Assembly (NCBI GenBank): GCA_000091205.1
Contig: AP006499.2
DNA length: 64,000 bases
Reading direction: 5' to 3' (one strand)
Source of the DNA: Cyanidioschyzon merolae
Taxonomy: Eukaryota
Numbering within the stretch: the first letter of the stretch is position 1; every line of letters starts with the position of its first letter. This document shows positions 43,274 through 54,416 of the stretch, in pieces. Under the pieces are notes generated by a model. That model had not been told where the DNA came from, did not search any database, and saw only the letters and a list, made by a program, of their open reading frames with translations. A program made the translations under genes and the position numbers.

Positions 43274-46200
43274 TCAAGAGCGTCCCAGTACCATGGAGAG
43301 CAACGCCATACGTACGTACATACCGTACTCCATCTGACGAAAGTAAACAGCCCGAGGATCTGAATCGACTTCAGGTGCGATTTCATTGACTCGTGGCAGC
43401 GGGTGCATGACAATCATGGTGTCCTTGGCACGAGTCAGCGTCCGCGGAGTGATCACGTAGAAGGCGTTGAAACGCTCGTAATCACCGGGGTCTGCAAATC
43501 GTTCACGTTGCAGGCGGGTCATGTACAGCACATCCGTTTCCGCAAGGCAGTCTTCGAGGTTCGTGTACTCCCGCTGTTCGATGCCTCGCGTGGCGACTTC
43601 TTCGAGAACCTGGCTCGGCATGCGCAGTTCGCGCGGTGACACATAGTTAATGCGTACTTGATAGAGGGCTAACAGGCGCGCCAGGGAGTGCACCGTGCGC
43701 CCGTTCCGCAAATCACCGACAAATGTAATCACGAGGCCGTTCACGGTACCGAGCTCCTCGCGAATGGTGAACACGTCCAGCAAAGCCTGGGTCGGGTGCT
43801 CGCCGGTCCCGTCGCCGGCATTGATGAGGGGCGTTTTCGGAAGCGCCTGGGCTGCTCGCTCCGCAGCACCCGCTTCGGGATGTCGCAGCACGACAGCGTC
43901 GGCGTAGGATGCCATGGTCCGCACCGTATCCAAGAGCGATTCGCCCTTGGCCACCGATGATGACTGCAAGTCGTTCATTTGGATGACGGTTCCGCCGAGT
44001 CGCTGCATGGCAGCGGCGAAAGAACACGAGGTGCGCGTGCTCGGCTCATAAAAGACGAGTGCGAGAACGCGACCACGCAACAAATCCAGCATGCCCATGC
44101 GATTCACCATCTGGCGCATCTCCTGTGCAACACCGAAAAGCGCATGCAACTCCGCCCGGCTGAACTGCGACACCGATAGAATGCTCTGGTGACGCAGGAG
44201 ATCGCGTTGGGCAGACGAGCCGGCTGGCACCGATACTGGTGCCGGTAATGATGTCTGGTAATGGGGCCAGCCAGGTTGCGGCGAAGCTGCCTGCCAGCTG
44301 CGTCGAACAAGCGGCACATCTACGGGAGCGCAGCTAAAGGAATCGAGCGGACGCGGTTCTAGAAGCGTCGATCGATTCGCCTTGGTTGATGGCATCCATG
44401 AGCGATTTGCAACCGAAACACGCGGAAAATTGACCATGTCGAGCTGGCGAGCACGCTGCTCGACGGCCGCCCGGGCACGGTCGATATCAGCGGTCGAGTC
44501 GTCCGTGGTCACAGCTGCAACAGCGCTTTCCACCGGAAGCGTTGCAGGTCTGAAGCTTGGGCGCACGCTCGACGCCGCGCGTGCGTTGCGTACGTCGGGC
44601 GCTGAAGGGAGAGCAGGCTGAGCAGGCACTGCGCCAACCACGGTATCCTCTGCAGTCGCGGTCGCAGTCTCCGTCGCGGATTCCAGGAGATCGTGACCAG
44701 CGCCCGCTTCTAGCAAAACCTTGTCATCAAGGTACGCGATGCGCTTGCGAACGACAACGCGCAACACTCGGCCTCGCAGTTGGTACGCCTTCTCGTTGGA
44801 ATCACCGTCCGCCGGTACGAAGCGCTCCGTCTGATCAATATCGACCTCGACATAGGTATCCGCATGAGCGGAGCTACCCGCTGGCGCAAGACCGAGGAAG
44901 CTGCGCGGAAACTCCACGAGTCGACTCAGGAGCCAGGTCATGGTCAGACGTCCGCGGTGCACCGCCTCGAGTAAGAGGCCAAGCACCAGACGTGGTGATC
45001 CCGTCACCGTGTCAATCGCATCCAGAGCGTCCCAGAGCGCGTCGACATCGCGCTGTTCCAGCTCGTGCTGCAGTGCATCGCCGCAGAGATCCTCGACGCG
45101 CACATCGCAGGTCACTGGAATGCCGCGCTCTTTTGCACTACGGATGAGGGCGATGTCCTCGCGGCGACGAACGGCATGGATGTGAATCGGCCGCGCATAC
45201 AGCACTGCACCGAACAGCATCGCCGAGAGCGCTTGGGTGCTGCTGGTGTGTAAAATCACCGGCTTGTGCCGAGGCCAGAGCTCCAAATGACGCAACCATG
45301 GCGTAAGGTTCTCACGGAGTGGCGCCTGATCGGCGCTCACGGCATTTGTTGCTGCTGCCGATGCTGCTGCTCGTCGATGGATCATGGGTTCCGTATTGTC
45401 TAGCGCGATGAAGAGACCGGCCACCTCGTTTGCCAAACTGGGCAAAGTCGCTGCGTTCGCCGCTGTTGCGTAGGCATAGATTGCATGGTCACAGCGTCCC
45501 CAGCGCGCAAGCTGCTCGCGCACAGTGCGCAAGGTTTCCGATTCAGCGACCAGGAAATCGGGTGCAACAGCGGCACCGACCCAGGCAACGTAGCCTCCGC
45601 GCAGCAGCTGTCGATCGAAATCGTCCAGTAGTGCACACAGCCTCGCATCCGCGGCTGCGTTCCGCTTTGGATGTTGGTCGCCGTTCATCAGCGGCGACTC
45701 GGGGTCGCACCGATCACCATTCGGAGCTGCGAAAGGCTCATGCTCAAGTCGCGATGTGCACATGTTCACCAGGCCCGGTAGAGTGATCACTCGGGCACTG
45801 AAACGAACATCGTACGGCTGCAGAGGCAACGAGACGCCACGTCCGTAGCGCGCAAGCGCACGAACCAACAGTTTCGCGCACTTGATATTCGTGAGCAGAG
45901 GAATACTGAAATCTACGGCTGTCCGTCGGCTAATGTAGCCGTTGCTCATGAATGTGGCTACCCGTCGAAGCTTGTTCTGCGAAGGTAAGTTGATGAAAAA
46001 ATCAATCATCTTGTCCTGAATCAAGCGCGTAACGTCGAGCGTGCCCTGTTGGTACTCGTCTGAGGGCCAGACGACCAGCGTGCACGGCACGTTGTGCTCC
46101 ACCAAAAAATCTGCTGTTCCCGGCGTTGCGTACAGACGATAGCCAATGGCAGCGAGTTTCTTCGCAGACTCGAGAAATTCCAGTTTCTCTTTGTACGAGC

Positions 46201-49200
46201 CGATGCTCAGACAAATATTCCGCTGTGGTAAGCGAATGCCGGCTGCTCGTAGTCCCTTGAGATACGCTTCTTCGCGGCTCTCTCCAAAACAGGCAACCTC
46301 ACCGGTGCTGGCCATTTCGACGCCGAGAATCGGATCTGCACCCAGCAGCCGCGCAAAAGAGAACATGGCCACTTTGACGCCAACGTGCGGTACGGTGGAA
46401 ATATCGACAGGATACGGCTGCACAGTCAGACCGAGCATGACTTTGGTGGCCATTTTTGCGAGGTCCAGGCCTATGGTTTTGCTTACAAATGGAAAACTGC
46501 GGCTTGCACGAATATTGCATTCAATAACCTTGATTTCGTTGTTCTTGGCAATGAACTGCAGATTCATCGGCCCTGAAACGTTCAGGGCGTTGGCTATCTT
46601 TCGCGTCGCATCCTCTAGTTTGCGAACGGTCTCAGGTTCCAGGTCCTGTGCCGGTAACACCAACGTCGCATCGCCCGAGTGCACGCCAGCGTTCTCGACA
46701 TGCTCGCTAATGAAATGGACGACCAGCTCCCCGTTGCGTGCCACTGCATCCACATCGATTTCTTTGGCCTCTAGAATGAATTTGGAAATGACCACGGGAT
46801 GCTCACGAGACACCCGCGCAGCCTCGGAGAGATAGCGCTCCAGGTCCTCCTCTTTGTAGGCTACATTCATCGCTGCACCAGAGAGCACATAACTCGGACG
46901 CACTAGACAGGGATAGCCCACGGAATCGCAAAAGGCCGCAGCGTCAGCGATGGAGGTCAACTCCTTCCAGCGGGGCTGATCAACCCCAATGCGATCCAGC
47001 ATGCGACTGAATTTGTAGCGATTCTCCGCGGAATCGATCATCTCTGGAGAGGTGCCCAGCACGTGTACACCTTGGCGATGCAACGACATGGCAATGTTGT
47101 TCGGGATCTGACCCCCCATTGAGACGATCACCCCATCGACTGCCTCTCGCTCACAAATATCCAGCACCCGCTCGAAAGAGAGCTCTTCAAAGTACAAGCG
47201 ATCGCATTCGTCGTAGTCAGTGCTGACGGTTTCCGGATTGTAATTCATCATGATGGTACGCGTGCCTTTTGCACGCAGCGCTCGAACTGCTGCGACCGCG
47301 CACCAGTCGAATTCAACCGAGGAACCGATGCGATAGGCGCCACTGCCAAGTACAATGATGCCACCGAATCGCGCACTGACGTCATGAGCACCTTGACTGC
47401 CTGCGTAGGTCGCATAGAGGTAATTCGTTTTGGCGGGAAACTCCGCGGCCACTGTATCAATCTGTTTGATATTCGGGACAATGCCGTACTCCTTGCGGAG
47501 CTTGCGAATCTCCAGTTCCGTATTGCCAACGAGTCGCCCGATCTGTCGGTCGGAAAACCCGAGTTGTTTTGCCGCACAGAGCAGATCCGCAGTGAGCCAG
47601 TTTTCCGAACCAGTGTTCATGGCATTCGCCGCTAATCTCTCCAGCGTCTGTTCGAAGCGGGTAATGCGCGCGAGCCGCATGAGAAACCACCGATCAATCT
47701 GGGATTTCTCGTGAATCTCTTCGACGCTGTGGCCACTGGCTAGCCCAGAGGCGATGGCGAGAATGCGGGCTTCGGTGGGCGTCTGCATCTCTTCGTCACT
47801 GTAGGGTTCCACGTCGCGTTCGAAACCGTTCACGTAATAATCACGCACCATGCGAATGGCTTTCTGGATCGTCTCCTCAAAATTCCGCCCAATGGCCATA
47901 GCCTCCCCGACGCTCTTCATCGAGGAGCCCAGTTGTCGATTCACGCGCTCGAATTTTTTCAAATCCCAGCGCGGCATCTTCACCACGATATAGTCGAGAC
48001 TTGGTTCAAAACATGCTGTCGTCTCTTGGGTGATGGAGTTCCGGATGGCCGGCAGGGCGCGGCCCAAGGCCAGTTTCGCGGCAACGAACGCTAGCGGATA
48101 GCCAGTTGCCTTGCTCGCCAGCGCCGATGAACGCGACAAGCGTGCATTCACCTCTATGATGCAGTATTCGCGCGAGTTCGGATTCAACGCGAACTGGATA
48201 TTGCACTCGCCAACGACGCCAAGATGGCGGACGGTCTTGATTGCGGAGTTGCGTAGCATCTGATATTCCGCATCGGACAGAGTCTGCGACGGTGCCACCA
48301 CGATCGATTCGCCGGTGTGGACACCCAACGGATCGAAGTTCTCCATGTTGCAAACGGTAATGCAGTTGTCGTACGCATCTCGCACCACCTCGTACTCGAT
48401 TTCTTTCCAGCCCTTCATCGAGCGCTCTACCAGGAGTTGCGGTGAACATGACAAGGCTTTGCTGGCGAGCTGCCTCAGTTCCTGGGCGTTATTGGCGAAA
48501 CCGGAGCCGAGACCCCCCAGGGCGAATGCCGCTCGAACGATGACTGGGTATCCGATGCGCTCGGCCTCAGTGATGGCCTGTTCCACAGAGGCGGCCGTAG
48601 CAGAACGGGCGAACGGCTCTCCGATCTCTGCGAGACGCTTGTTGAAAAGCTCTCGATCCTCTGTATCCATGATCGTTTCCACGGGGGTGCCCAGGACTCG
48701 GATTCCATTTTCCTGGAAAAAGTTGCGTTTTTGCAGCTCAATACCACAGTTCAAGGCGGTCTGGCCTCCAAATTGTAAGAAAATACCGTCTGGCCGTTCG
48801 TTCTCCGCAATGCGCATCACCGATTCTGGATCGATCGGCAAGAAGTAGACCTTGTCGGCGAGTCCTCCCGTGGTTTGCACCGTGGCAATATTCGGATTGA
48901 TAAGAACTGAATAGATGCCCTCCTGTTTCAGGGCCTTAATAGCCTGCGAACCTGAATAATCAAACTCTCCGGCTTGGCCGATGGACAGGCCTCCCGAGCC
49001 CAGCACCAGTACTTTGCGGATCGATTTATCCGACGCTGGGCATGCGCCCGTTGCGGCTAAACGCTGTGGCGCTGGCGGGGGTTGTTTCGTTCGCATCATC
49101 TCGACAAAGAGGTCGAAAAGAAACTCGGTATCACAGGGTCCAGCGCGCGCTTCCGGGTGAAACTGCACCGAGAACGCAGGTTTCTTTCGGTGAATAATGC

Positions 49201-50284
49201 CTTCATTGGATCCGTCATTCGCATTCGTGAAGTAGGGTTCCCAGCCTGGTGCCAAGCTGTTCGTGTCCACCGCATAGCCGTGATTCTGGGAGGTGATATA
49301 ACAACGACCGGTGCGCTCATCGATGCACGGTTGATTGTGGCCACGGTTGCCGTACTTGAGTTTGTAGGTCTGTGCTCCCGCCGCCAGGGCCAGCAATTGA
49401 TGACCGAGGCAAATGCCGAAAACAGGTCGCTCCTCAGATAGCCATTGCTGAATATTGCGAATGGTCTCCAGCACCATCGTAGGATCACCCGGACCGTTCG
49501 AGATAAAAAGACCATCACAAGAGCGATATTTGTCGGCGTTAATGTCTTCATCCCAGGGTACTACGGTCATGCGACAGTGCCGACGCGCCAGGCACCGCAA
49601 CTGGTTGTACTTCAGACCGCAGTCCACAGCTAGCACATGATACCGGGCATCGGGCGCTCCGTACTCGTACGGCTGCTTGCAAGAAACCTGTGCAACGAGG
49701 TTAAGGCGATTCGGGTCTATAAATGCTTGGTCTTCATTACGATCGTCTTCAAGTACGATCCGTCCAAGCATAGAGCCATGCTCCCGAATCTTTTGCGTAA
49801 CAAGTCGGGTATCGATCCCACATATGCCTGGAACTTGCTGTTCCTGAAGCCATTCTCCAAGCGATTGCTTCGCCAGCCAGTGCGAGTATTCCTGCTCGTA
49901 GTTTAGAACGACGAGACCGGCAGCGTGAATGCGCGCAGCCTCAAAGTGCAACGGAAGGCCGTACGCGTCGCGCTCCGACATGGACGGAACTCCGTAGTTT
50001 CCCACCAGAGGATACGTGAAGACGATGATCTGTTGACAGTAGGATGGATCGCTTAGGGTTTGCTCATAACCGACCATACCGGTTTGGAAAACAACTTCAC
50101 CAGCAACAGAACGAGCAGCTCCGAAACTCCAACCCTCGAAAACGCTTCCGTCTGCAAGTTCCAGCCTTGAACGACGCTTTCCTGCGTCGGTCAAGAGGCC
50201 CGGCACCTGCAGCTCAAGATCCTGCGCTCCATAGGAAGCATCACCCTGAATTGTGGTCATGGTGCAGCCCTCAAGACAAGACAA
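43274..50284 (-). CDS. Multifunctional pyrimidine-biosynthesis protein: GATase, CPSase large chain, degenerate DHOase-like domain, ATCase (URA2/CAD-like)
   Basis: The small-chain region carries GATase 'VFGICLGHQLLALAAG'. The CPSase large chain runs from 'KVLVLGSGGLSIGQAGEFDYSGSQAIKALKQEGI' through two ATP-grasp halves and an MGS-like domain. The ATCase C-terminus carries 'STRTSCSF', 'GEHPTQALLD' and 'HPLPR'. It is a single 2336-codon ORF with no intron. Confidence 0.95.
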   Translation of the reverse strand: MSCLEGCTMTTIQGDASYGAQDLELQVPGLLTDAGKRRSRLELADGSVFEGWSFGAARSVAGEVVFQTGMVGYEQTLSDPSYCQQIIVFTYPLVGNYGVPSMSERDAYGLPLHFEAARIHAAGLVVLNYEQEYSHWLAKQSLGEWLQEQQVPGICGIDTRLVTQKIREHGSMLGRIVLEDDRNEDQAFIDPNRLNLVAQVSCKQPYEYGAPDARYHVLAVDCGLKYNQLRCLARRHCRMTVVPWDEDINADKYRSCDGLFISNGPGDPTMVLETIRNIQQWLSEERPVFGICLGHQLLALAAGAQTYKLKYGNRGHNQPCIDERTGRCYITSQNHGYAVDTNSLAPGWEPYFTNANDGSNEGIIHRKKPAFSVQFHPEARAGPCDTEFLFDLFVEMMRTKQPPPAPQRLAATGACPASDKSIRKVLVLGSGGLSIGQAGEFDYSGSQAIKALKQEGIYSVLINPNIATVQTTGGLADKVYFLPIDPESVMRIAENERPDGIFLQFGGQTALNCGIELQKRNFFQENGIRVLGTPVETIMDTEDRELFNKRLAEIGEPFARSATAASVEQAITEAERIGYPVIVRAAFALGGLGSGFANNAQELRQLASKALSCSPQLLVERSMKGWKEIEYEVVRDAYDNCITVCNMENFDPLGVHTGESIVVAPSQTLSDAEYQMLRNSAIKTVRHLGVVGECNIQFALNPNSREYCIIEVNARLSRSSALASKATGYPLAFVAAKLALGRALPAIRNSITQETTACFEPSLDYIVVKMPRWDLKKFERVNRQLGSSMKSVGEAMAIGRNFEETIQKAIRMVRDYYVNGFERDVEPYSDEEMQTPTEARILAIASGLASGHSVEEIHEKSQIDRWFLMRLARITRFEQTLERLAANAMNTGSENWLTADLLCAAKQLGFSDRQIGRLVGNTELEIRKLRKEYGIVPNIKQIDTVAAEFPAKTNYLYATYAGSQGAHDVSARFGGIIVLGSGAYRIGSSVEFDWCAVAAVRALRAKGTRTIMMNYNPETVSTDYDECDRLYFEELSFERVLDICEREAVDGVIVSMGGQIPNNIAMSLHRQGVHVLGTSPEMIDSAENRYKFSRMLDRIGVDQPRWKELTSIADAAAFCDSVGYPCLVRPSYVLSGAAMNVAYKEEDLERYLSEAARVSREHPVVISKFILEAKEIDVDAVARNGELVVHFISEHVENAGVHSGDATLVLPAQDLEPETVRKLEDATRKIANALNVSGPMNLQFIAKNNEIKVIECNIRASRSFPFVSKTIGLDLAKMATKVMLGLTVQPYPVDISTVPHVGVKVAMFSFARLLGADPILGVEMASTGEVACFGESREEAYLKGLRAAGIRLPQRNICLSIGSYKEKLEFLESAKKLAAIGYRLYATPGTADFLVEHNVPCTLVVWPSDEYQQGTLDVTRLIQDKMIDFFINLPSQNKLRRVATFMSNGYISRRTAVDFSIPLLTNIKCAKLLVRALARYGRGVSLPLQPYDVRFSARVITLPGLVNMCTSRLEHEPFAAPNGDRCDPESPLMNGDQHPKRNAAADARLCALLDDFDRQLLRGGYVAWVGAAVAPDFLVAESETLRTVREQLARWGRCDHAIYAYATAANAATLPSLANEVAGLFIALDNTEPMIHRRAAASAAATNAVSADQAPLRENLTPWLRHLELWPRHKPVILHTSSTQALSAMLFGAVLYARPIHIHAVRRREDIALIRSAKERGIPVTCDVRVEDLCGDALQHELEQRDVDALWDALDAIDTVTGSPRLVLGLLLEAVHRGRLTMTWLLSRLVEFPRSFLGLAPAGSSAHADTYVEVDIDQTERFVPADGDSNEKAYQLRGRVLRVVVRKRIAYLDDKVLLEAGAGHDLLESATETATATAEDTVVGAVPAQPALPSAPDVRNARAASSVRPSFRPATLPVESAVAAVTTDDSTADIDRARAAVEQRARQLDMVNFPRVSVANRSWMPSTKANRSTLLEPRPLDSFSCAPVDVPLVRRSWQAASPQPGWPHYQTSLPAPVSVPAGSSAQRDLLRHQSILSVSQFSRAELHALFGVAQEMRQMVNRMGMLDLLRGRVLALVFYEPSTRTSCSFAAAMQRLGGTVIQMNDLQSSSVAKGESLLDTVRTMASYADAVVLRHPEAGAAERAAQALPKTPLINAGDGTGEHPTQALLDVFTIREELGTVNGLVITFVGDLRNGRTVHSLARLLALYQVRINYVSPRELRMPSQVLEEVATRGIEQREYTNLEDCLAETDVLYMTRLQRERFADPGDYERFNAFYVITPRTLTRAKDTMIVMHPLPRVNEIAPEVDSDPRAVYFRQMEYGMYVRMALLSMVLGRS
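44590..45670 (-). other. DHOase-like linker domain of the CAD-like protein, apparently catalytically dead (approximate bounds)
   Basis: It is alignable to CAD DHOase, for example 'WPRHKPVILHTSSTQALSAMLFGAVLYARPIHIHAVRRREDIALIRSAKERGIPVTCDV' against '[58 protein letters not shown]'. The metal-binding HxH is lost ('LVNMCTS' against 'IDVHVHL'). The DHAPH site is also lost ('DTVTGSPRL' against 'DCFASDHAPH'). Confidence 0.5.
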
Positions 50285-50470
50285 GACAAGACAGAAACGT
50301 GCTCCAGGGACGAACGCGCCCCCAGCGTAGTACAGTGGAGACGCAGCTACCGTATGGCGGTATCGATGCTTCCGCCGCCGCTGCCGGCAACAACGACGGC
50401 GTCGACGACGATCGCATCCTCACAGCGGTGCGGAAGCGGTCATGGCGGGAAACGATGCGTGCGTTTGCGC

Positions 50471-51080
50471 GCGATTGCGGACATGCTTCTAGACCATGGT
50501 GAAATGCAGATATCATTAGATACAGGTATATAGGTGTATATATGCAATTGTGGATATGCTTCTAGACCATAGTGAAATGCAGATATCATTAGATACAGGT
50601 ATATAGGTGTATATATGCAATTGCGGATATGCTTCTATACAATGGTGAAATGCAGATATCATTAGATACAGGTATATAGGTGTATATATGCAATTGCGGA
50701 TATGCTCCAGAGACAATGGTGAAATGCAGATATCATTAGATACAGGTATATAGGTGTATATATGCAATTGCGGATATGCTTCTATACAATGGTGAAATGC
50801 AGATATCATTAGATACAGGTATATAGGTGTATATATGCAATTGCGGATATGCTTCTATACAATGGTGAAATGCAGATATCATTAGATACAGGTATATAGG
50901 TGTATATATGCAATTGTGGATATGCTTCTAGACCATGGTGAAATGCAGATATCATTAGATACAGGTATATAGGTGTATATATGCAATTGTGGATATGCTT
51001 CTAGACCATAGTGAAATGCAGATATCATTAGATACAGGTATATAGGTGTATATATGCAATTGTGGATATGCTTCTATACT
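50471..51080. repeat. 73-bp minisatellite, ~8 tandem units, immediately upstream of the CAD-like gene start
   Basis: The unit 'atgcttctagaccatggtgaaatgcagatatcattagatacaggtatataggtgtatatatgcaattg(c/t)ggat' starts at 50483, 50556, 50629, 50702, 50775, 50848, 50921 and 50994. Variants include tagaccatag / tatacaatgg / cagagacaatgg. The array is AT-rich relative to its surroundings. Confidence 0.9.
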
Positions 51081-52730
51081 CATGGAGCTGAAATGGGTAT
51101 GTAGACTATTTCGGTGTACTCATGCCGCGCAATGTCTGATCTACCTAAAATTCCCATCGGGGATCCAGTTCATGTGATCAGTATGCATCCGTGCACTGAA
51201 CGTTGCCATTCGGGTGATGCATCGGTCGCTGAAACGGGGATACGTTGTGCGATGACCTGCACAAGCGCCGGTACCAGCCTACCCAGATGCATCCCGCGAA
51301 TCCGCCGTCATTCACTTAAGTTGCAATGTGCGGCTGGCACTGGAGGCATTCCGGGACGCACCAGATATGCGATGGAGTGTGACCATGGTGAGCGGTTCGC
51401 CCCCAAGCTCTGCATCCGCAGCGAGTCCGTACGCCAATAGGTGCATGTATCGATGCCTTGACGCAGCGCCGGTCTCTCGATTGATCCTAAACCATGGATA
51501 CCCACTTGTTCATGGTCCATCATCGATCAATTTCTTCAGTGTGACTGGAAGCCGCGGATGCTGCCACGGACGGTGGAATACGGCATGGATGCATGCTTGT
51601 TCATGGCTCATAATCTATCAATTGATGAAAAGCCAGTCCCTTGTATCGCTCCAGCTCTGTTGTCAGCAGTTGGGGGTATTGATGACAGTCCAAGTCCCGA
51701 TGGCGCTGCTTCCTGCTGTTGTCGACACTTTGGAAGCAAAGGCGCAAGCTAGGATCCATGCTTCGCTTGTCAATTTGATTTTCTTTCCAGAAAGCCTTGG
51801 TGCGCACTTTGTACCGCTGACACTTGGCAATGACAGGGCGCTCCTTCGTATCCATCACATCATTGCTCTCCGAGCGCTGCCCTGTGGCACATGAACACTC
51901 GCTTCATCGCTCGGTACATGTCGTTGGCGAATACAGAAGGCGCCCTTCGATGCTCTCTGCTGTTTCCGCGCCTGCTGCCGTACACTACGATCATGGGCTT
52001 GATCTGGGCGATCCCGACGGTGAGCAGGTTCTCCACTGGCACTTGCAAACGCCTGCGATTCCATTGGATACAGGATTTGTGGAGCGCAATTCTGTCCATG
52101 TTGAAAGCAAGACCACAAGGAAAACCCACGCTGGTGAACAAGTCGAGAAAATCATAGAGCTGTCAGCGCTCCCTTCATGCAAAGCGGTGACGCATGCCAC
52201 ATTCGAAGCATTTGCTGCGACCACAGGAATCCGAGAAGAGTACCCTTTTCCGTGAAAACAGAAGGTACCTGAGCTACAGACAGCACATGCCCCGAAAAGT
52301 ATGATGCTTCTGGGGAACCCCGTCGCGTCGATGGCCACAAACGAAAGAAGATTTGTCTCTCCAACAGAATCGATTCCTTGACGAGAGAAATTCAGTGAAT
52401 GATCAGCATAAGCATGTGAACAAGTCATCAGGCGACAAGGTCGATACGGTTTCCCGATCAGTCCACTGGCGCGAATGGCTGCGCTCATCCGTTGCCATGA
52501 ACCAGACAGAACGTATGCTTCGAGAAGGCCGATTTCGGCTAAATTTCATACGAAAAAAAGGAGTAGAGTGGGCCCTCGTACGCTTGAACCGGATGATGGA
52601 ATCTGTTCTTTTTCGAACCCCTGTTGGAGGGCATCCCGAATTACCTGGATTCTGATGAATCAAAGGTTCCCAGTGGTAAAGCGTCGAAGAAGCCTCTCCG
52701 AAAAGACTGCTGGCAATCCCAGGAAACCGT

Positions 52731-54416
52731 ATGAGCCCCTATTGCTCCTCTTCGAATATCGACGCTGCATATCTAAAAAAGCTGGGAGAAAAAATCGAAA
52801 AGCAGGGACAGAGCGCACGTCGCAGTGTGTTCCATTTTAGGCCACCGTGGGTGTCGCGTCAACCTGGAAGCGCAGAAAACGTGCGACCAGCAACCAAGTG
52901 CACATCAAGTCAACACTGCCGAAGGAGCGCTCTGATTATGACGGATGGAGGCTGTGGGCTTGGCATTGCCTACCAGCAGGGTATACCTGGCAAAGTTTGG
53001 CGACAACAGGGTGCTGACGCTGCACTGGCCTGCGAGTTGGCTGCGGGTACCGTAGGCGTCCGAAGACGGACGCAACGTCGTCTCAACACGTACCGAGTCT
53101 TCCGTGCAACTCGCCGAAAAGCGCGCACAAGCTTTCATACGACAGGTACCAGCTCTGATTCGTCCGGGGGAACGCTCAAACCGAGCGTCTCTGCAACAGC
53201 GCTCGGTCCGATCCTCGGAAAGTGTGCGCTGCCTCAAAGCGCCCGCGTGCTCATAACTGGCGGCACTGGCTGCATCGGCAGCTACGTTATCGCGGAGTTA
53301 CTTCTCCACACGAATTACACGCTCGAGTTGATCGTTCGAGGTGGTGCACAGCGTTTCCTCTCCGTGTCTGATGAGCGTTTTCGGTTCAGTTTTCAACAGA
53401 GGCGCATACGCGTGCACGACGTCGACCTGGCAAGCGCTGCGGACCTGCAGAGCGAACGGATGCAGCAACTCGTCGGTACCTGTGATGCTCTTGTCCTCTG
53501 TGCGGCATCCTGGGGCGGGGATACCGCCAAAGCTGTGAATGTGGACGCCGTGCTCTCCCTGCTGCACGCTTCGAGTCGCCAGCACCGATGCCGCCATGTC
53601 GTCTATTTCGCTACAGCGTCAGTCGTTTCTCCGCAGGGCAAAGTGCTTCTGGAAGAAGCTTTACAATGGGGCACCGAATACATTCAGAGCAAGGCTATTG
53701 CAGTCATCAGACTCCTCGACACCTTGCAATGCATGGATAAACCGGTCCCGACCACGATTCTGTTCCCGACTCTGGTGCTTGGGCCCACGAGTCATCTGGG
53801 CACAGCGTTCCGTGCAAGCTCCCCAGCAGCATTACGTGATTCACCGTTGTATCGTGCAGGGAAGCATGTGCTTCGTTTCCTCAGTGTCGACTCCAGGGTG
53901 CGTGCACACTTTATCCATGCTGCGGACTGCGCCCAGATCGTACGACTGGTCCTCCAAGGAGCCTCGTCCACGACGCGTGCTCTGTCGATAGCGCATGACA
54001 CCGGCGGGAATGTTTTCAAGCCAGTCCAGCGAAATGGATACGCGCTTCCTCTTCAGTGTTTTGTGGTGGGCCAGGAACCACCCTTCTCCTTTGACGACGC
54101 TGTGCACGCTCTGTGTCGACTCTATGGACTCGTGATTCCCATGCGATGGCTACGCATTCCGGCTGATCCGCTGTTGTGGCTCATGGCTCATGGGTGGATA
54201 CCAGTCGATGCGTGGACGCGCTTCTGCTTGCGTCGACGTCGAGAGCTCTTCCTGTTCCCGCAGGCAGTTCGACCGGAGGATTTGGGCGGCACATCTGTCG
54301 CACCGGATCTGTATACAGCGTTACAGCGTTGCATGATTCCGTCGAGGGAGGCAGTGGGTTGGATGGAGCGCGATCCCGAAAAGCGCACCACGAGCCAAGT
54401 CATGCGTTTTGGGTGA
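52731..54416 (+). CDS. NAD(P)-binding Rossmann-fold protein of the extended-SDR / epimerase-dehydratase-like family
   Basis: There is a glycine-rich loop 'VLITGGTGCIGSYVIAELL' and a downstream 'YIQSK' (YxxxK). An N-terminal ~150-aa extension precedes the Rossmann fold, so the start is uncertain. Confidence 0.55.
   Translation: MSPYCSSSNIDAAYLKKLGEKIEKQGQSARRSVFHFRPPWVSRQPGSAENVRPATKCTSSQHCRRSALIMTDGGCGLGIAYQQGIPGKVWRQQGADAALACELAAGTVGVRRRTQRRLNTYRVFRATRRKARTSFHTTGTSSDSSGGTLKPSVSATALGPILGKCALPQSARVLITGGTGCIGSYVIAELLLHTNYTLELIVRGGAQRFLSVSDERFRFSFQQRRIRVHDVDLASAADLQSERMQQLVGTCDALVLCAASWGGDTAKAVNVDAVLSLLHASSRQHRCRHVVYFATASVVSPQGKVLLEEALQWGTEYIQSKAIAVIRLLDTLQCMDKPVPTTILFPTLVLGPTSHLGTAFRASSPAALRDSPLYRAGKHVLRFLSVDSRVRAHFIHAADCAQIVRLVLQGASSTTRALSIAHDTGGNVFKPVQRNGYALPLQCFVVGQEPPFSFDDAVHALCRLYGLVIPMRWLRIPADPLLWLMAHGWIPVDAWTRFCLRRRRELFLFPQAVRPEDLGGTSVAPDLYTALQRCMIPSREAVGWMERDPEKRTTSQVMRFG

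Noticed and set aside
43400-50200. Numerous 60-230-aa ORFs on the plus strand across the CAD-like locus
   Set aside because: They are antisense to a fully conserved 2336-aa CDS and are composition-driven.
50271-50809. ORFs 50271..50516(-) and 50516..50809(-), the latter with a periodic peptide 'MISAFHHCIEAYPQLHIYTYIPVSNDICIS'
   Set aside because: ORF 50516..50809 is generated by reading through the 73-bp tandem repeat; the periodic translation is an artefact. ORF 50271..50516 lies mostly in the unique GC-rich segment between the CAD start and the array and has no recognisable product.
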